From: Podarcis melisellensis
Taxonomy: Eukaryota
Length of the DNA stretch: 64,000 nt
Assembly (NCBI GenBank): GCA_964234715.1
Contig: OZ174287.1
Direction: 5' to 3' (one strand)
Part shown: piece by piece, positions 1-14,780 of the stretch
Layout: each line of letters begins with the position of its first letter
Position numbering within the stretch: position 1 is the stretch's first letter
Translations under genes and position numbers: made by a program
The notes under the pieces: generated by a model
What the model was told of the DNA's origin: nothing
Database searches by the model: none
What the model saw: only the letters and a program-made list of their open reading frames with translations

Positions 1-125
1 ATCATGTGTCAATGCTATCTTGCGGGGAGGAGGCATCCCATAGTTTCCAGACCATCCCTGCCTTCAGCACTGAACAAATTCAGTGAGTGGAACATGTGGG
101 TTGTTGTTGTTTTTTAACTACTTCC

Positions 126-151
126 TTTTCTTTTCTTTTCTTTTCTTTTCT
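126..151. repeat. (TTTTC)n pentanucleotide microsatellite
   Basis: Direct read. Confidence 0.8.
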
Positions 152-1499
152 TGGATTGAATTTTCTGGTTTTTTTCCTACAATTTAACTGGTCCCCGCCC
201 CCCATTACTTCTTCCTTGGACTGTTTCAGGGTACATTGATTACTTCCCTCTTTTCAACCCCTTCTTGGATTTCACCTCCCTCTTGCCCACCCCCCTTTAA
301 AGGAAGGGAAACAGGGCAGTGCAATCCATTCCCCTTGGGCAGCTTCTAACTGGGAGAATTGGGAAGCCAGTGAATCTCCAACCTGCAGGCAATTCTCCTA
401 ATAGTTGCTCAGCACACTGCACGGACTGTGCGCCTTTTTATAGGTCCAATCCAGAACCTTTGTTTTTACCACGTGCAAAGTGCTGACTTCATCAGGACTA
501 CAAGAGGGAGCCACTGGATTTGAGCCAGCCTATTTTTCCTGCCTCTGGAGCAGCCAGAAACCATGTGGAGAAGACCCTGAGATCAGTGTGCACAGGGCAT
601 TACATTGCTTAGCAAAGGATGTATCAAGGGAATATTCTGTAGGAGGCCAGGGATGAGGTAATCCTGGAGTCTTTTAAAAGTGGCAAGACATGAAAACTGT
701 CCAGTCTGAAGCATAAAGCACTGGGAAGCTTGAAGAATGGCACCCCATAATAGCTTTTGGGAACCCTTTTTGCAATCTGTGTAAAGCACCTGCAGTTTTC
801 ATGATATTTGGGTTTCATTTAAGAAATGGAGGCACCAGAAAACAGGCTGGATCAGCACTGCAGTCAGTGTAGAACCGTAACAAAGGAGAAATGAATGAAA
901 CAAAGGAAATGAGACAATCATTGTTAGCATCAGTCTGTCTCAGAAGACAATGGAGGAGCGAGCCTACTGGGGTGAAGTCAAAGTGTTGAGACAATAATGA
1001 GTGGAAAGCAAAACATTTTTTCTAAGTGCACATCCCTAGAAAACATGGGCCTAGTAATTTGGGGTGCTGTCATAGCTTAAAACTGTGATACCAAAGACAT
1101 TTGCATTGCTGTAATGATAACTTTTATTTCGGGGGTATTCTCACTGGCTCCAAGTAGGAGGTTTGAAAGTGGCAGCAGCATTGAGTTGAGAGGGTCCTGA
1201 TGCTGCAGCTGTATGTAGATTGGTGGTTAGGAAGAGTTGGACAAGGGAAGCAAATCCCCCTGTAGGGTTTCACTCCCTTTCCCCCCATTGGTTTCATGGG
1301 AGTAATGGCTGCTTGCCTTATCAAAATAATTTGTTGGAGCTGTGAACAAATTGTTTGGAAATTACTCTTTGCATTAAAATTATTTTAAAATTATTAACAG
1401 CAGTAGAATTGTAGAGAATTGTGTGTTGGTATTAATGAAACTGCAGCTGCTTACTAGCTGGGGGAGCATTTTCATGTGAGTTTTTTCCCCCTTCCACAG

Positions 1500-1609
1500 A
1501 GGATCTTTGGGAAAGCCTGGAACAATCGAGTGGTAAACCTATTGCTGCTGTGATGAATACATGGACCAAGCAAATGGGGTTTCCACTTGTTTATGTGGAG
1601 GCAGAACAG
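1500..1609 (+). CDS. NPEPPS: NPEPPS exon ~13: (E)DLWESLEQSSGKPIAAVMNTWTKQMGFPLVYVEAEQ
   Basis: ttccacag acceptor, gtaggt donor; M1 aminopeptidase WTxQxGFP motif. Confidence 0.96.
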
Positions 1610-3696
1610 GTAGGTATATTACTTTCTTACTTTTATAGTGGCTCAGTTGAGACAACATGCAAAATGATTGCGCTTTCAAACATAGACACAAATCCCAGTT
1701 TGTTTTCCATCTGCTCGTCACTCCCATTTCTGTATTGGAAAGGGCCCTCTGGAAAAGCAGCTGTAACTTCTGGCTTGTCAGTTCAAATATTATACCAAAC
1801 CTTAGTTAGCTTGAATAGTATTTTGTGTACACACTAGAAACTCTAGTTTTCTAACTTGATCACAAACCGTAGTGTGTTATTGCAGACATCATGCCATTCC
1901 GTACTTACGCTTCCTGAACCATGGTTGAGCTTGATGCCTGAATTACGCATTTTCTGTCAAACACAACACGTGCATTCACACGTCACCGGCATCTAAGTTG
2001 AATAAATGAGTCAAAATTTCAAAAACATTGAATTTACATGTTCTTACTGTGATATTGAAGGCTTCATAAAATTTGTGATATTTTAGAGATGGCAAAGGCA
2101 GAAAATGTATTCCTAATTGGAATGGTTGACTAAACTGGATAGATTATGCAAATAAAGCAGATTTGCAAGCAGATTTTCCTAGCATCACTTGTGGGAGCAA
2201 CTGAATTGATTAGTTAGTGTAGACATTGGTGAGAATACTGATGGTTATATACTCTGCACTTAAAAATCCAATGATGGGTAAATTGTGCAAATCAAGCTAA
2301 TACTGTATATTTTTGTGTTCTATTTCTGGAACAAATGAGGAATGAAGATGCAGGGTACTGAAGCCTCACACCTGGATTCAGCTACTCCTTCTCTTGCTTA
2401 AGCATTGCTCACATGAACTTTCAGTAGTTACCTTCATAGCCAGAAAGTCTTAAATTCCTAACACTGAATGCTGCATCAAAACTACTGATACAATTTGGTG
2501 CATCTGTTTACATGGATTACCAAAAACCTCAGCTCTAGAGTCCCTTGCTGATTACAAAGTTGGCAAATTCATTCTGAGATGTTCTTTATTTTTTAATTAT
2601 TAAAATGCTTGTATGCCGTAATTTCATTTAAAAATAGCAAAGCGATTTGCAACGATTTGCAATAAAAAACACATAAAAATTAAGCCATTTTCTTCTTTCT
2701 TAGATCTAATTTATTTGTAACTTAAAATCAATAAAATACAATTTTTTAGAAAGATTAAAATAGATCACCAGCTAATTATTAAAGAATTTTTTAAAATTGT
2801 CCACATAAGCCTGGTGGCAAAGAAATGTTTTCAGCAAACTTTTCAGCAAATAAAGAATACATCTGCTGATTGAGAACATTCCACAGGGCTGGGCCAATGA
2901 TACCAAAGGTCAGTTTTGTCCTGATATCAAATGAGCCTCACCAATTTATTAAACAACCAGTAATGCTCCTACAGATTATTTTAGTCATTGAAACATTTCT
3001 ATCCTGCTTGTCAGTCCTAGGATGTCTATAAATAAAACATGAAAACAATTTAAATAACACAAAATCTAGAATGAGGTTGAGGGGGAGCCAGATGAGAAAT
3101 ATTTTTGCTGCTCTCTAGAAAGCAGTTATAATAAGGGAGTCTAGGCAGTACAGCCTTGAAATGGTTTGTTGCTTAATTTGGACTTGCCATTGAAGTCCAT
3201 TTGTAAGCTGTACACAAATTCTGTTTCTCCATTTGTGGACAATTCTCCAAATTCTGAAGTCCATTTGGAAGAATGTCCCTAATTCTGCTTCTCCTGTGCC
3301 CCACCCCACCCCTGCATCTGATTCCTCTGAGGAAGAATAGCAGGTGCTAAAGGTGTGAGATGAATGAGTTGCTTTCCTAGAATGCCCTTGCTCCTCCAGT
3401 GCTTTGTGCAGCAGACTGTTTTTAACAGTGCATTGCTGTGATAACTTTCAAAATCTTAGATAAGGATTTTTTTGTCTGTGTTTGGGGTCTTCCCCACCAA
3501 AAATAACAAGCTTGTAAATGCAGGAAGGAAACTATCATAAATTGTTACTTGGAGCTGCAACTAAAAGCAGAATGGATGAAGCAGTAGAGTAGAGGGCAGG
3601 ATTTATGGGAGAGGGTTGAGAAAACAGGACTCGGGTGTGGGAAGAAGATGGGAAATGTAAATGGTGTAGCAAGCCTCAATTTTCTAAACACTAGAA

Positions 3697-4044
3697 GAAC
3701 GCGGGTGGCACGGTGGGTTAAACCACAGAGCCTAGGACTTGCCGATCAGAAGGTCGGCAGTTCGAATCCCCACAACGGGGTGAGCTCCTGTTGCTCTGTC
3801 CGTGCTCCTGCCAACCTAGCAGTTCAAAAGCACATCAAAAGTGCAAGTAGATAAATAGGTACCGCTCCGGCAGGAAGGTAAACGGCATTTCCGTGCACTG
3901 CTCTGGTTCGCCAGATGCGGCTTAGTCACACTGGCCACATGACCCGGAAGCTGTACGTCGGCTCCCTCGGCCAATAAAGTGAGATGAGCGCGCAACCCCA
4001 GTCGACCACAACTGGACCTAATGGTCAGGGGTCCCTTTACCTTT
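3697..4044 (+). mobile_element. Sauria SINE (Squam1 type), near full length
   Basis: tRNA-like head with B box GTTCGAATCC, (ACCTTT)n tail, TSD actagaagaa (3690-3699 / 4045-4054). Confidence 0.9.
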
Positions 4045-5227
4045 ACTAGAAGAATATCCATATTCGTTTTTAATTAATGTGACATTATACAACATTTTCC
4101 AAAGTACAAGTACTTATGTATTCATTAGACGTAACTCTCTAAAGGGAGCCAGTTTAAGTCCCATGTTGCAAATGCTATTTTGGGGGCAGAAAAAGTGCCT
4201 CATAAGGCTCTCCAGTGATTTCATTGCTGGGCTGAGATTTGCAGCAGGAACTTCCTGTGTCATGACTCATGCTCTTAAGGACTGAGACCTAAGCAGTATC
4301 CAAGTTTTGGTATGACTTTCCTCTAAAACAATTGTAATTTAACATAAAGTCATAGAGTCATATAGTACAACATTATGATAAATTATCAATTGTGGCAAAT
4401 TTGCTTCATTTGAAAAGAAGGGTGCTATAAGGCACTTAAGTTACTGGTTTGGGAGCACTGCCCCCTAATTCCAGATGAGAAGTGGTTTTGGTTACTCAGC
4501 AGCGTGCTCAGATATGTTTTCTTCCATATCCATCTTTCAGGTCGTTGCCTTCATTTATAAGCCACAACACTCACTCCTCAAATAATCATCGGGATGGTTG
4601 TGGTTAAGCATAGAAACTTCAGTTTTTGTGGTGAAAACCATTCAGCCATAAAAGTCTATATTTTGGTCCTCTATATCCCTGAAGACTTATTAGCAGCATT
4701 GCATGAGAGGCTTTGAATAGTTATTTAACTGGAGACCCTCATCCAAACGCATTTGATTATGTCCTCTTATGTTCAAGGCCTGAGGCCTGATGTAGAATTT
4801 AAGTTTGTTAAACTGAACCATGGATCAGCTTGAGCCAGGGCCACATTTTGCCAGGCAACCAGACTACCTAATCTGTCTTGCTAGAATCTCATTTGTCCTA
4901 CTTAACCTGTAGCCACTGATAACCCAGTCCTGGTTATGCTATATTATATGTGATACAATACAGTCTCATAAGAAAACATGGCAGCTGTGACTGGGGCACC
5001 AGAGATCATTGGGACCAACAGAAAAAAGGTATGTGGGAATGCGAGGACAACAACAGAGGGGGGTGAGAATTGGGAAAGAAGTAGCAGCTCAGCATGTTGG
5101 ACATTTGACCAGCCTAATGTGGCCTGTGAATTCAAGGAATGAGGCCTTCATAGCTGGATGGGTTCTGGGCATATGATCTTATTTGAAACCTTTGAATACT
5201 ATTCTTGCCTCTTGTTCTCTACTCCAG

Positions 5228-5291
5228 CGAGAAGATGAAAAAGTGTTGAAGCTAGTCCAGAAGAAATTCTGTGCCAGCGGACCATATAGTG
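5228..5291 (+). CDS. NPEPPS: NPEPPS exon ~14: REDEKVLKLVQKKFCASGPYS(G)
   Basis: actccag / gtaagg; 64 nt, phase fits both neighbours. Confidence 0.93.
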
Positions 5292-7893
5292 GTAAGGCGA
5301 TGGCTAATAGCAGGAGCCAAGCAGCGCACCATATTGTACGTGACACCAACCATTCTGGGAAACAGCACTTGCACTGTCAGTTTCTGCAGGCAGGTGTCCT
5401 TTTTAGGATTTAGATGTTTGAAATAACTTGATCTTTTTTATATATATAAAAATGAACTACTAAGCCTGAAGTTCTAGTTTTTCATTATTTTCCTTCTTAC
5501 AGTCTGCATGTTTTAACTAGGAAGATTGTAATCTGCCTTTAAATTTTCTTTACAATGTGTACTCGGTGCCTATGTGTATCCAGAACATTTCTGGAAGGCA
5601 GTAGAAATGGATTTACACAGTGTTTCCCCCTCCTCCTGCACATGGAACTCTAGTGGAGAATGGATTCAATATTGCAGATACTGCACTCAGCTGCTCCGTT
5701 GCCACACATATTTGACAAACCACATATTTAGCCTTTGTTAGGCATGTAGTTGGTAGATATCTGAGTGCTTATTTATCACAGTTAGAAAGGACAAAAAAAA
5801 AAAAAAAGCTTTTAGCATTATCTGTGCCGGACGGCAGAGTCATCAGTGCACGTAATCAAGATACAGCTCCACTTCAGGAAGGAGCCTTTAGTGCAGGAGT
5901 AGCTAACCAGTGGACTTCCATATTTTGCTGTACTAAAACTCATTATCCCTGACCATTGGCCATGCTGCTAGGACTGATTGGAACTGGAGTCCAGTATGTG
6001 GTGGGCCATGGGTTAGCCACCCCTTCTTCAAATAGCACCGGATTACTGATGCAAGCAGTAAAACCATGCGTTCCAGGAGAAAGCACATAACAAAAAGGCA
6101 AACAAGCCACTGGCTCCTCCTACGTGAGGATGCAGAGATTACTTTCCTGGTGGCAAATATAAGTCAGACGCTGGGTTTGAAAGAGACCTGAAGGAACTTA
6201 GAGAATATTCTGTTGCTAATTGTGGTACTCCCTTTCAAGAAGAGAAGTAAGAGAACCCACCTTATCTTACAGACAATCCGGTGAAGGAGGCATGACTATA
6301 TACTCTTAAACTATCTTCACTGTTCCAGAACGTCATACCTCTCACTAGTTCAAAACATTCATTGACTTTCAAGATTATATTTGCTAACAGTCAGCTTTTA
6401 GCCTTATATCTGCAGCTATCTATAACTGCTTCTATTTCTACTTACCTTTTTATTGTGGAGTGTAATTATGTCCCTGTTCAACCTTTCTTTTTCTAAGCTG
6501 AGCAGATTAAGCTCTCATATTTGTTCCTAGCAATGTATTTCCTTCCTATGACCATTCTATTTGCTGCTCTTGAAAATACAGTATTTCTTTCATATTCATT
6601 ACCAGACTGAACGTAAGAGTTCATCTAAGCATTCATGAGCAGAATTGAATAGTTTTGTAGAGTTTATGCAGGAGCATATATTTTCTAAGCTCTTTGTGCA
6701 GTTTTCATTGCTTGAAAACCATGGTGGTTGAATAGCTTTATGAATATTTTTCAAAGGAAAGTAATGAAGAATTGGAATGTTTCATACTTTTCCCAATCCC
6801 AGGAGTAGCTTGCTAAATGAACTCAGTGGGATAGCACCGAACTTTCCGTGCTTCTGCTTAAGCAGCTGTTTGCTCAGGTTGACAGAGGCAAGAGCAGCCC
6901 TGAGAAATTTTCACACATTCTCACACAAACATATAACTATACTATGTTTCCTCCTCACATTTGTCTCCCTTCTGTGGAGTTACTTTTAATAGCTAAACAT
7001 TAGAACCATCTGGGATGTGTGAAAGGATAACCATTCAGTTGCAGCATTGATGCATTGGCACCAGAGCACCCTTGCTTTCCAAGCTGGCTTGCTTAAAAGG
7101 GTGCAGGCCTCACTTGAACTGGTACCACACAGTTCTGACTTTTAGCAGGTGTTGCACTGCCTAACCCAAGCCCAATATGGCTAAATGTGTGTGTTTAAAG
7201 GAGTAATTCTTCATATAAATAGTTTGTGGCTAGCTTTTAATGACACCTCCACCTTCAAAGTGACTGGAAAAAGACAGTCCTTGCTAGCAGTCTTATAACT
7301 CAAAAGACATAACACTATAAAGGAAAAGGATGAGGAGGAAAGAGGGAAATAAGTAAACTTTGACACCAATTCCTAGTTTCATAATAGTACTTGTAATGAC
7401 CCACCGGAATGGGAACAGCTCAGGGAGTGGAGGAGCCAAATGGAGTTGCTGTCCCAGCAGAGCTAACAGAGTGGCCATTTCCCATCTCTCTGCTGCAGCC
7501 TGATGAAATGGCTGCTACCAAGTGACAGATGAGGAAGGGAGCCAGCATGTCAGCAGAGCCCATGGAATGGCCCCTCATATCTCTCCCTCGGTTACAGTCT
7601 GCAGGAAGTCAATCGATCATTTCATTTGAACTGGAGTGCTGAACTTGAGAACTACTGTTCTGAAATATAAGTCGTAGATCTCCAAAGTGCTCTTCAGATT
7701 ATTATTATTATTTATTTTTTAAAAAGGAACTTAGATATTTTCCCTTTGCAGAATCATTGCATTGATACTATATAAATGTGCTGACTTGGAGCAGCTGTGA
7801 GTTGAATGCTACAAAAGGGGTGTTTCCGTGGGGCCGGGCAGTTTGCCATACCATGCCTTGTTCTGTCAGGCATTCTTCTCTTTTTTCATATAG

Positions 7894-8033
7894 GGGATGG
7901 TAACCCTCTGTGGATGATACCCATCAGCATCTGTACAAGTGAAGACCCAACCCATGCCAAAATGCAAGTGTTGATGGACAAGCCCGAGTTGACGTTGGTT
8001 TTGAAAGACGTGAAGCCAGAGCAGTGGGTGAAG
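7894..8033 (+). CDS. NPEPPS: NPEPPS exon ~15: (G)DGNPLWMIPISICTSEDP...VKPEQWVK
   Basis: catatag / gtgagc; 140 nt. Confidence 0.94.
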
Positions 8034-9202
8034 GTGAGCAGAAAGGGAAGACAGTCTTCTGAATTAACCTGGCAGATTGTCGAAACATGGTCAGCACCTT
8101 GATAGGCCAGCACAGTGCTCTAAGATGCATCGTCTTGCAGCATGTTATGGTCTTATTACCTTAAAGTTGTGCTGCCTCACAACCCAAACACCAGGACTAT
8201 GGAAGTGTCCTGAGTCCTTCTGGCTGATAAAGTTATAGTAGCTGCTGTTGTCTGAAAAAGTAGCTATAAATCAGAGATACTATATGAACTAATTTTTAAT
8301 TGTGGATTTCAGAAGAGAAGAGGTGCTTGCTTATTTAATTATTTGAATGATTTTAAGGCCATTCTATCTAGGTTGCTTACAAACATATAACACATATCAC
8401 AATTCCATTAAAATATAAGAGGGCAAAGTTAATATATTATAATATCAAAAATGCCAGCTAGCAGTAACAGTTAAAACATCATTTAGCCCAGCATAAGCAA
8501 AATCATTAAAAAATAATAATCTAATAATCAGCTGTGAAACCAATATTCCAAAAAACTAGCAGGAATCATACCAAAATAATTTTAAAATCCAGTTTTACTT
8601 ACTTCATAAAATGTAGTATGTTGATTGAGAGAGGTTTTTTTGCAGTCAAATTTTTTTCTTTTGCAAAGAGGATTACCAAAAAAAGTTGAAACATAGTATG
8701 TCTTCAAAATCTTTTTGGTGGCAGGCACGTTACTTGGGTGGAGTTCCAGAAGTAGGAGTCCATAATCTTCACTTAAGTTAGATGTTGCGAACGTAGGATA
8801 TATCCATGAACGTGCAAGTTGCTTTGGTTTATAATTTTGGATTGTTAAGCTGTTCCTTCTCTAAGATGTCAGAGGCTGGGAAAGGATTGTTGAGACTTGG
8901 TGAATGTTGGCACAGTTAATATACATATGCAGATAGGACAAGGACAGTGGTAATGGAATTGCTGAATGAATGTCACTTGCTATCAAGGCTGATTATTTCT
9001 GGCTTTGAAGCTTGCCATTCCAGTCCCTTTGTTTCCAGGTGATTCGCCCACATCCTGGAGGGCAGCAAACTAAGCATGTTTCAGCATCCTCCAACAGCAC
9101 CAAGTATGATTATGTGTACATACTATTCAGCATGGGCCCAAGACACAGACTTTCTAATCCCCTCTTACCTTGTAGCAATACAAAAATAATGATCTCTCAC
9201 AC

Positions 9203-9689
9203 CAGAGGTTTTCAAACTTCTTGAATCCATGGCTCCCTTGACCAACTACATCCTTTCTTCGGCACCTCTGTGGTGCTCAGGAGCCCAGTTATGTCACCCC
9301 TTGCTTGCAGAGCTGGCAGCCTCTCACCCTTTTTCAAACACCTCTTGTGGAGTGTTCCATCAGCCCTCTCTTCTTGGGAGTCCTCCAGGCAGCCACTGCT
9401 GCTGTCCCTGGTCTCTGAGCTGCCTCACCCCATAGAGAGGTGGTTCCTCATACAGGGGCCCGGGCTGGGAAGCACCCCCTGGCCCGCCCCAGAGGCACTA
9501 TTCGCCTATGGATCTTATAGCCAGGGCTGCTGCAACAAACAGCTGTGCAAGCCTTTGGGAGGCAGAGACGTGAGAGATCATCAGAGGAGGGATGGAATGA
9601 AAAGGGACAGAGGCCAGTGTTGCTTGCAGCACCCTGACCATCCTTCAAGGCACCCCAGGGTGCCACAGCACACTGGTTGAAAACCACTC
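9203..9689. mobile_element. hAT-type non-autonomous DNA transposon
   Basis: Imperfect TIRs CAGAGGTTTTCAAAC / GGTTGAAAACCACTC; 8-bp TSD tctcacac (9195-9202 / 9690-9697). Confidence 0.75.
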
Positions 9690-9795
9690 TCTCACACTGA
9701 TCTGCCTTGTAGGCGTGTTGCAGTCAGAAGAACCACAATATGCTTTCTACAGCGCAAAGCGCTACAGAAATTAAAATGGCACTATGTTTTGCACA

Positions 9796-10163
9796 GGGAC
9801 GCGGGTGGCGCTGTGGGTAAAACCTCAGCACCTAGGACTTGCCGATCGCATGGTCGGCGGTTCGAATCCCCGCAGCGGGGTGAGCTCCCGTCGTTCGGTC
9901 CCAGGTCCTGCCCACCTAGCAGTTTGAAAGCACAATTAAGTGCAAGTAGATAAATAGGTACCGCTTTCTAGCGGGAAGGTAAATGGCGTTCCGTGTGCTG
10001 CTCTGGTGCCGGTTTGCCAGAGCAGCTTCGTCACGCTGGCCACGTGACCCGGAAGTGTCTGCGGACAGCGCTGGCTCCCGGCCTCTAGAGTGAGATGAGC
10101 GCACAACCCTAGATTCTGTCAAGACTGGCCCGTATGGGCAGGGGTACCTTTACCTTTACCTTT
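9796..10163 (+). mobile_element. Sauria SINE, full length, young
   Basis: GGGACGCGGGTGGCGCTG head, B box, (ACCTTT)3 tail, 14-bp TSD tatgttttgcacag; CpGs largely retained. Confidence 0.93.
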
Positions 10164-11100
10164 TATGTTTTGCACAGCAATAACAGCTACCTGCTGGTAG
10201 TAGACATGCTAAAGGGTCTGCAAAAGGTGACTCGGATATTAATGTGGCTATTAAGTGCTTGTAATAATAAAATCACTTTAAACAAGACAAAAATGTGGTC
10301 TGCATGAAGGTGGCGCATTGCATCTTGATCTAAGAGAGCCTTCCAACTACAAGCACTTTGTAAAAGGAATCCCCTGAGCGTTGTCGGAAGAGCATCCTCT
10401 GCCATTTCTTTCCAAGCCTAATTCAGAGTGCTGGTTTCGACCTATAAAGCCTTGCAGTGTTTGGGATGTCAGTATCTTGGGACAACCTTTCCCTGGACCA
10501 AGCAAGGTCGCACACCTTTTTGGGGCAATCCTGTTTTGCCCAGTATTTGAAAGGCTCTTGGCAACCAGCTGGTTGTCGGGCAGTTTGAAAGTGGCTCCAG
10601 CAGGCTTTGGCCAAGCCCCTGCTCTTACCTGCAGGACGGGAGGTTTAGGGTGGGTGGACATGGCTTGCCCAATTTGGCTTCACAGCCCAAATGGGAAGCC
10701 TGGTGGGCCAGGATTATCCTTTAAGTTGGAGGTTCTTCACTCTGGCTATAAAACTTCAGGACTTTCTTTGATGAGAGAAGTGATGCACAAATCTAATCAA
10801 ACTAAACATGGTCCTTTCCAGTAAGGAAAACTAGCCATCTTTCTGATTGTCAGTTTGATAGTACAAGAACTTTAAACTCTTCTCTTTTTGAAACTCTTCT
10901 CTGTTAAAGCTGACCTTCTGTTGATGGTAATTCTCATTTATCTTCCTGCATGAAGTACTACCAGTGATATAAAATAATTGCCTAGTTCTGTTCTCCCTGT
11001 TTGACTCAAATACAGTCAAGGGTAATTTGGGGACTGTGGATTTGTTTCTCGGTTGTCTTCTGTAAGCTGCTGACTGAATTTCTTCATTCTGTATTTTCAG

Positions 11101-11235
11101 CTGAACCTGGGAACGGTAGGGTTTTACCGTACACAATACAGTTCTGACATGCTGGAGAGTTTGCTCCCAGCTATCCGTGACCTCTCCTTACCCCCTGTGG
11201 ACAGGTTGGGGCTGCAGAATGATCTTTTTTCTTTG
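11101..11235 (+). CDS. NPEPPS: NPEPPS exon ~16: LNLGTVGFYRTQYS...GLQNDLFSL
   Basis: ttttcag / gtaagt; 135 nt; KLNxxxxGFYR motif at the start of the ERAP1-like C-terminal domain. Confidence 0.96.
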
Positions 11236-13989
11236 GTAAGTGATTGCCTGTCTTCTCTCTTCATTAACCTGCCCCCGCCCCCCCCCCACTTTTCCTGTGG
11301 CAGCAGATTGCTTCCGTTGTTGTAGAAATGTCTCCCCAAAGTTAGGTGCTATTTCTGGAGGTACAGCATCTACAGCATACAGTTGCAGTTAATGAATTTG
11401 GCATCTTGTTAGTGAGGTGTGAAAGTTTCACCTCAGCGTGATCAAGCAAAGGCCCTGTAGCCCCAGCTGGTCATAATGCTGTTTTCCTGCAAGAGAATAT
11501 TTTACTTTAAGCTAATAGCCTGAGCAATGTGTTTAAACTTAGATAACCAGTATTCTGAAACATGAATAAATCATGCAAATGAGTTATCAAGTGGAAGGTC
11601 CTGATTTATGCTTAGTGGTATTCTGCAAGCCAAGTCTTTATTTTATTTTACTTTATTTTCTACTTTTTTGAATAGGTGACTCCTTTGTAGTATCTTGAGC
11701 TGCTTTTGATATCCCCTTCAGTTTCAAAAGCAGTTAGCCAAGTGCTGAGACTGGTTTCATGTTTCTTTGAATCCTGGCCACTATGTTTGTTTTGGCTAAT
11801 TTTGCATTATTTTTTCTGCCGCTTCTGCTTGTGGGGAGGTGCTAGTATACAGAGCACAGAAGCTTCACTCTGTGATCTTTGGGTCTCTCGGGATCTCACT
11901 TGAGCAGTGCCTGGCATTTAGAAGCTGCTTGCTACAGCTACAAGTGCTACTTTGTAGAAAGAGCTGGTGCTGAATTTTGTGCCTGGTACTAAACTGTGCC
12001 CTTATACAAGCAGTTGCAGATATGTGAAATAAGCACAGCCATGTCAGTGCCATAGGTTCCCCACACACCCTGACCTCCTGGTTTTGGGGGAGGGGGTAAT
12101 GTGAAAGCGTGTGAAATGGAAGGATTTGCATAACAAATCTGTGGGTGACTCCTTGCTGTGTTTTCCCTTGAGAAACCAGAATAGATTGATTCTGGTTAAT
12201 TTTAACAAAAAGTTCCATTGGGTCCTGCACAGAGAATGTAGGTTCTTAAGTAACATGCCTTTTAAATTTGAGAATGGTAAAGAGAATGCAAGAGTGATTT
12301 ACTTCGGTGGGTGTAATGTCTCCCAGTTAAACCAGCGTTTTTTAAACTTACATAGTCATTAAGCCTTTTCCTGCACATAAATTTATCTGCTGACAAATAG
12401 TTTTACAGAGGATTCTGGGGTGCTCACTTAACACAGAGCACTGCTCGGGCCTTTTGAACTTTGCAGTAATCCTAAATGATTTGTGAGTGTGAGCACACTT
12501 CTATGGACTGAGTTCACTAGCTGCAAACATTCACAAATCGCCGTGGGTGAGGACCTCTGGCAAGAAGGGTCTCCAGCTAAGCTCACTCACACTGAAGTTT
12601 GGAGATAGTAGAAATGGCAAGAACCACCTTCATACAACAGTCCAAATGAGAGAAATACCTACTTCTTTTAGAAGCATTTTACATGTCAGAGGACTTGAGA
12701 AAGTGGGTTTGGACAGCACAAATAGAGGCGGTTTAGTTAGGAAGCCAATATTTGTACATGATAATAAATGCATCTTTTTCAGCCGCTAGAGACTTGAAAG
12801 CATCATGAAATCAGCAGAAGTGCAACTTTATCACTAGACTTTAGTGTTAGGGGCGTAGTGGCACATTGCATCAAGCTTACCTCTCTACCTTTTCCTATTG
12901 TTGCAGAGGAACATTGGCAATGGTGGACAAGTTGTAGTTTAAGGATGGTTGTGTGCCATTACTGATTTCACTGAGAAATACTTAAGAAGCTTTAGAACCC
13001 TAGGCACTCTTGCCTCACAGAGTTAAGCAGTGCCTCTGACACAGGCCAAGCCAATTCCTGACAAATGAGAGAGTGTGTGTTACAGAACAGATTGCCCAGC
13101 AGCGGGTTATCTGTCACCAAGATCACATTGTGGGCAGGGAGCAGCTGGGGTTTCCGTCCAAAAGACCATCCGGTAGGAAGACAAAACGGGCAAGGAAAGC
13201 CAGGAGCCAGGGTTGAGGAAGATAGCTCTGCCTAGTCCAGCATCTTATATTCAGTAGTGCCCAGCTAGATGCTGCTTCTTGGCAGGCCCCCCTGTGGTAT
13301 CCTAGGAATCCTGTGAGTTAGGTTAGACTGAGAGACTGACTGGCCCAAGGTAACCCAGCAAACTTCATGAATCCTGGTTTCCCAGATCTCTCATGAATCT
13401 GTCTAATCTCTTTTTAATGCTATCTAAGCTAGTGACCAGAATACCATTCGCTGGAGGTAAATTTCATAAACTAATTGTGAGTTCTAAATTGCATAAACTA
13501 ATTCTGAGTGCTATATTCTTGCATCTGTCCTGAACCTACTTCAGATCCATTTCATTAGGAGACAACAAAGTGCAGAATTATGAGACAGAAGAAAATTCTG
13601 TTTCCCTTTTCACATTTGTTTCATAATGTATTAAACCTCTTTCATATCCCCTTTTAGGGGCTTGATTTGATCCCTGTGAAATTATATTGAGCTGGGAACC
13701 AATTGTTTTAATTAGAGAATGAAATATCCTGCAAAAGAAAGAAGGCATGGTTAGTCTTCCAGGCTGGTCACATGGCTGGAAACCAACTCTGTATCCCTAC
13801 TAAAACACACTGATTCCAGTCCCATGTGAAGTAGCGCTGTCCTTTCTCTGTCCCTGCCTCCTGCAAAAGGCGCAGTCAACATCCAGTCTCCAGATACGAG
13901 GAAGAAACACAAAAGAGCTTTCTTCGCGGTAAGCCTTAATTCATTTTGGTTTGGGAGATGAGTGTAACTTGTTTCTTTTCCTCTCTCAG

Positions 13990-14209
13990 GCCCGAGCTGG
14001 AATTATTAGCACTGTAGAGGTTCTAAAAGTCATGGAAGCATTTGTGAATGAGCCCAACTATACCGTATGGAGCGACCTGAGCTGTAACCTGGGGATTCTC
14101 TCGACTCTCTTGTCCCACACAGACTTCTATGAGGAGATCCAGGCGTTCGTCCGTGATATATTTTCACCCATAGGAGAGAAGCTGGGCTGGGACCCCAGAC
14201 CTGGCGAGG
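13990..14209 (+). CDS. NPEPPS: NPEPPS exon ~17: ARAGIISTVEVLKV...LGWDPRPGE(G)
   Basis: ctctcag / gtatgg; 220 nt. Confidence 0.96.
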
Positions 14210-14637
14210 GTATGGAAGTTTCTCTGCTGTGAGATTTCAGCACTATGAATCTTTGCCCTGCCAATTTCACTGTGTCCGAATAGACTCCCAGAGACTTACA
14301 TCAGTGGTGGGGAAACATTTCAGCCTTTCGGCTTATTTGTGTGCAGCAGGGGGTCCTGATTTGGCTCACAAGGATGTTTTCCCAAAGTCACACCCACCTG
14401 TACCACACCTGAGGTTGTATATGAAAGCTCCATTGCTGGAGTTTAGGAAGACTAGGAAGCATTTTGTAGAAGCCAGGTCACAAACAAAGCCCTGACTCCA
14501 AGCCCTGATTTTTGATGAACTGATAATATTATGTCCTTTTCAGTTCAGATTTTGGGCCCCCCCCCCAAAAAAAAATTCCAGTAAGAAATGCTGTTAATCC
14601 TTTAAAAAATAAACATATTTTCTTGTTTTTTCATCAG

Positions 14638-14780
14638 GCCATCTAGATGCACTTCTGAGGGGTTTAGTTCTGGGCAAGCTAGGAAAAGCCGGCCATAAGG
14701 CAACTGTGGAAGAAGCTCGGCGCCGGTTTAAGGACCACGTGGAAGGGAAGCACATCCTCTCCGCTGATCTGAGAAGTCCT
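14638..14780 (+). CDS. NPEPPS: NPEPPS exon ~18: (G)HLDALLRGLVLGKLGKAGH...SADLRSP
   Basis: tcatcag / gtaggt; 143 nt. Confidence 0.96.
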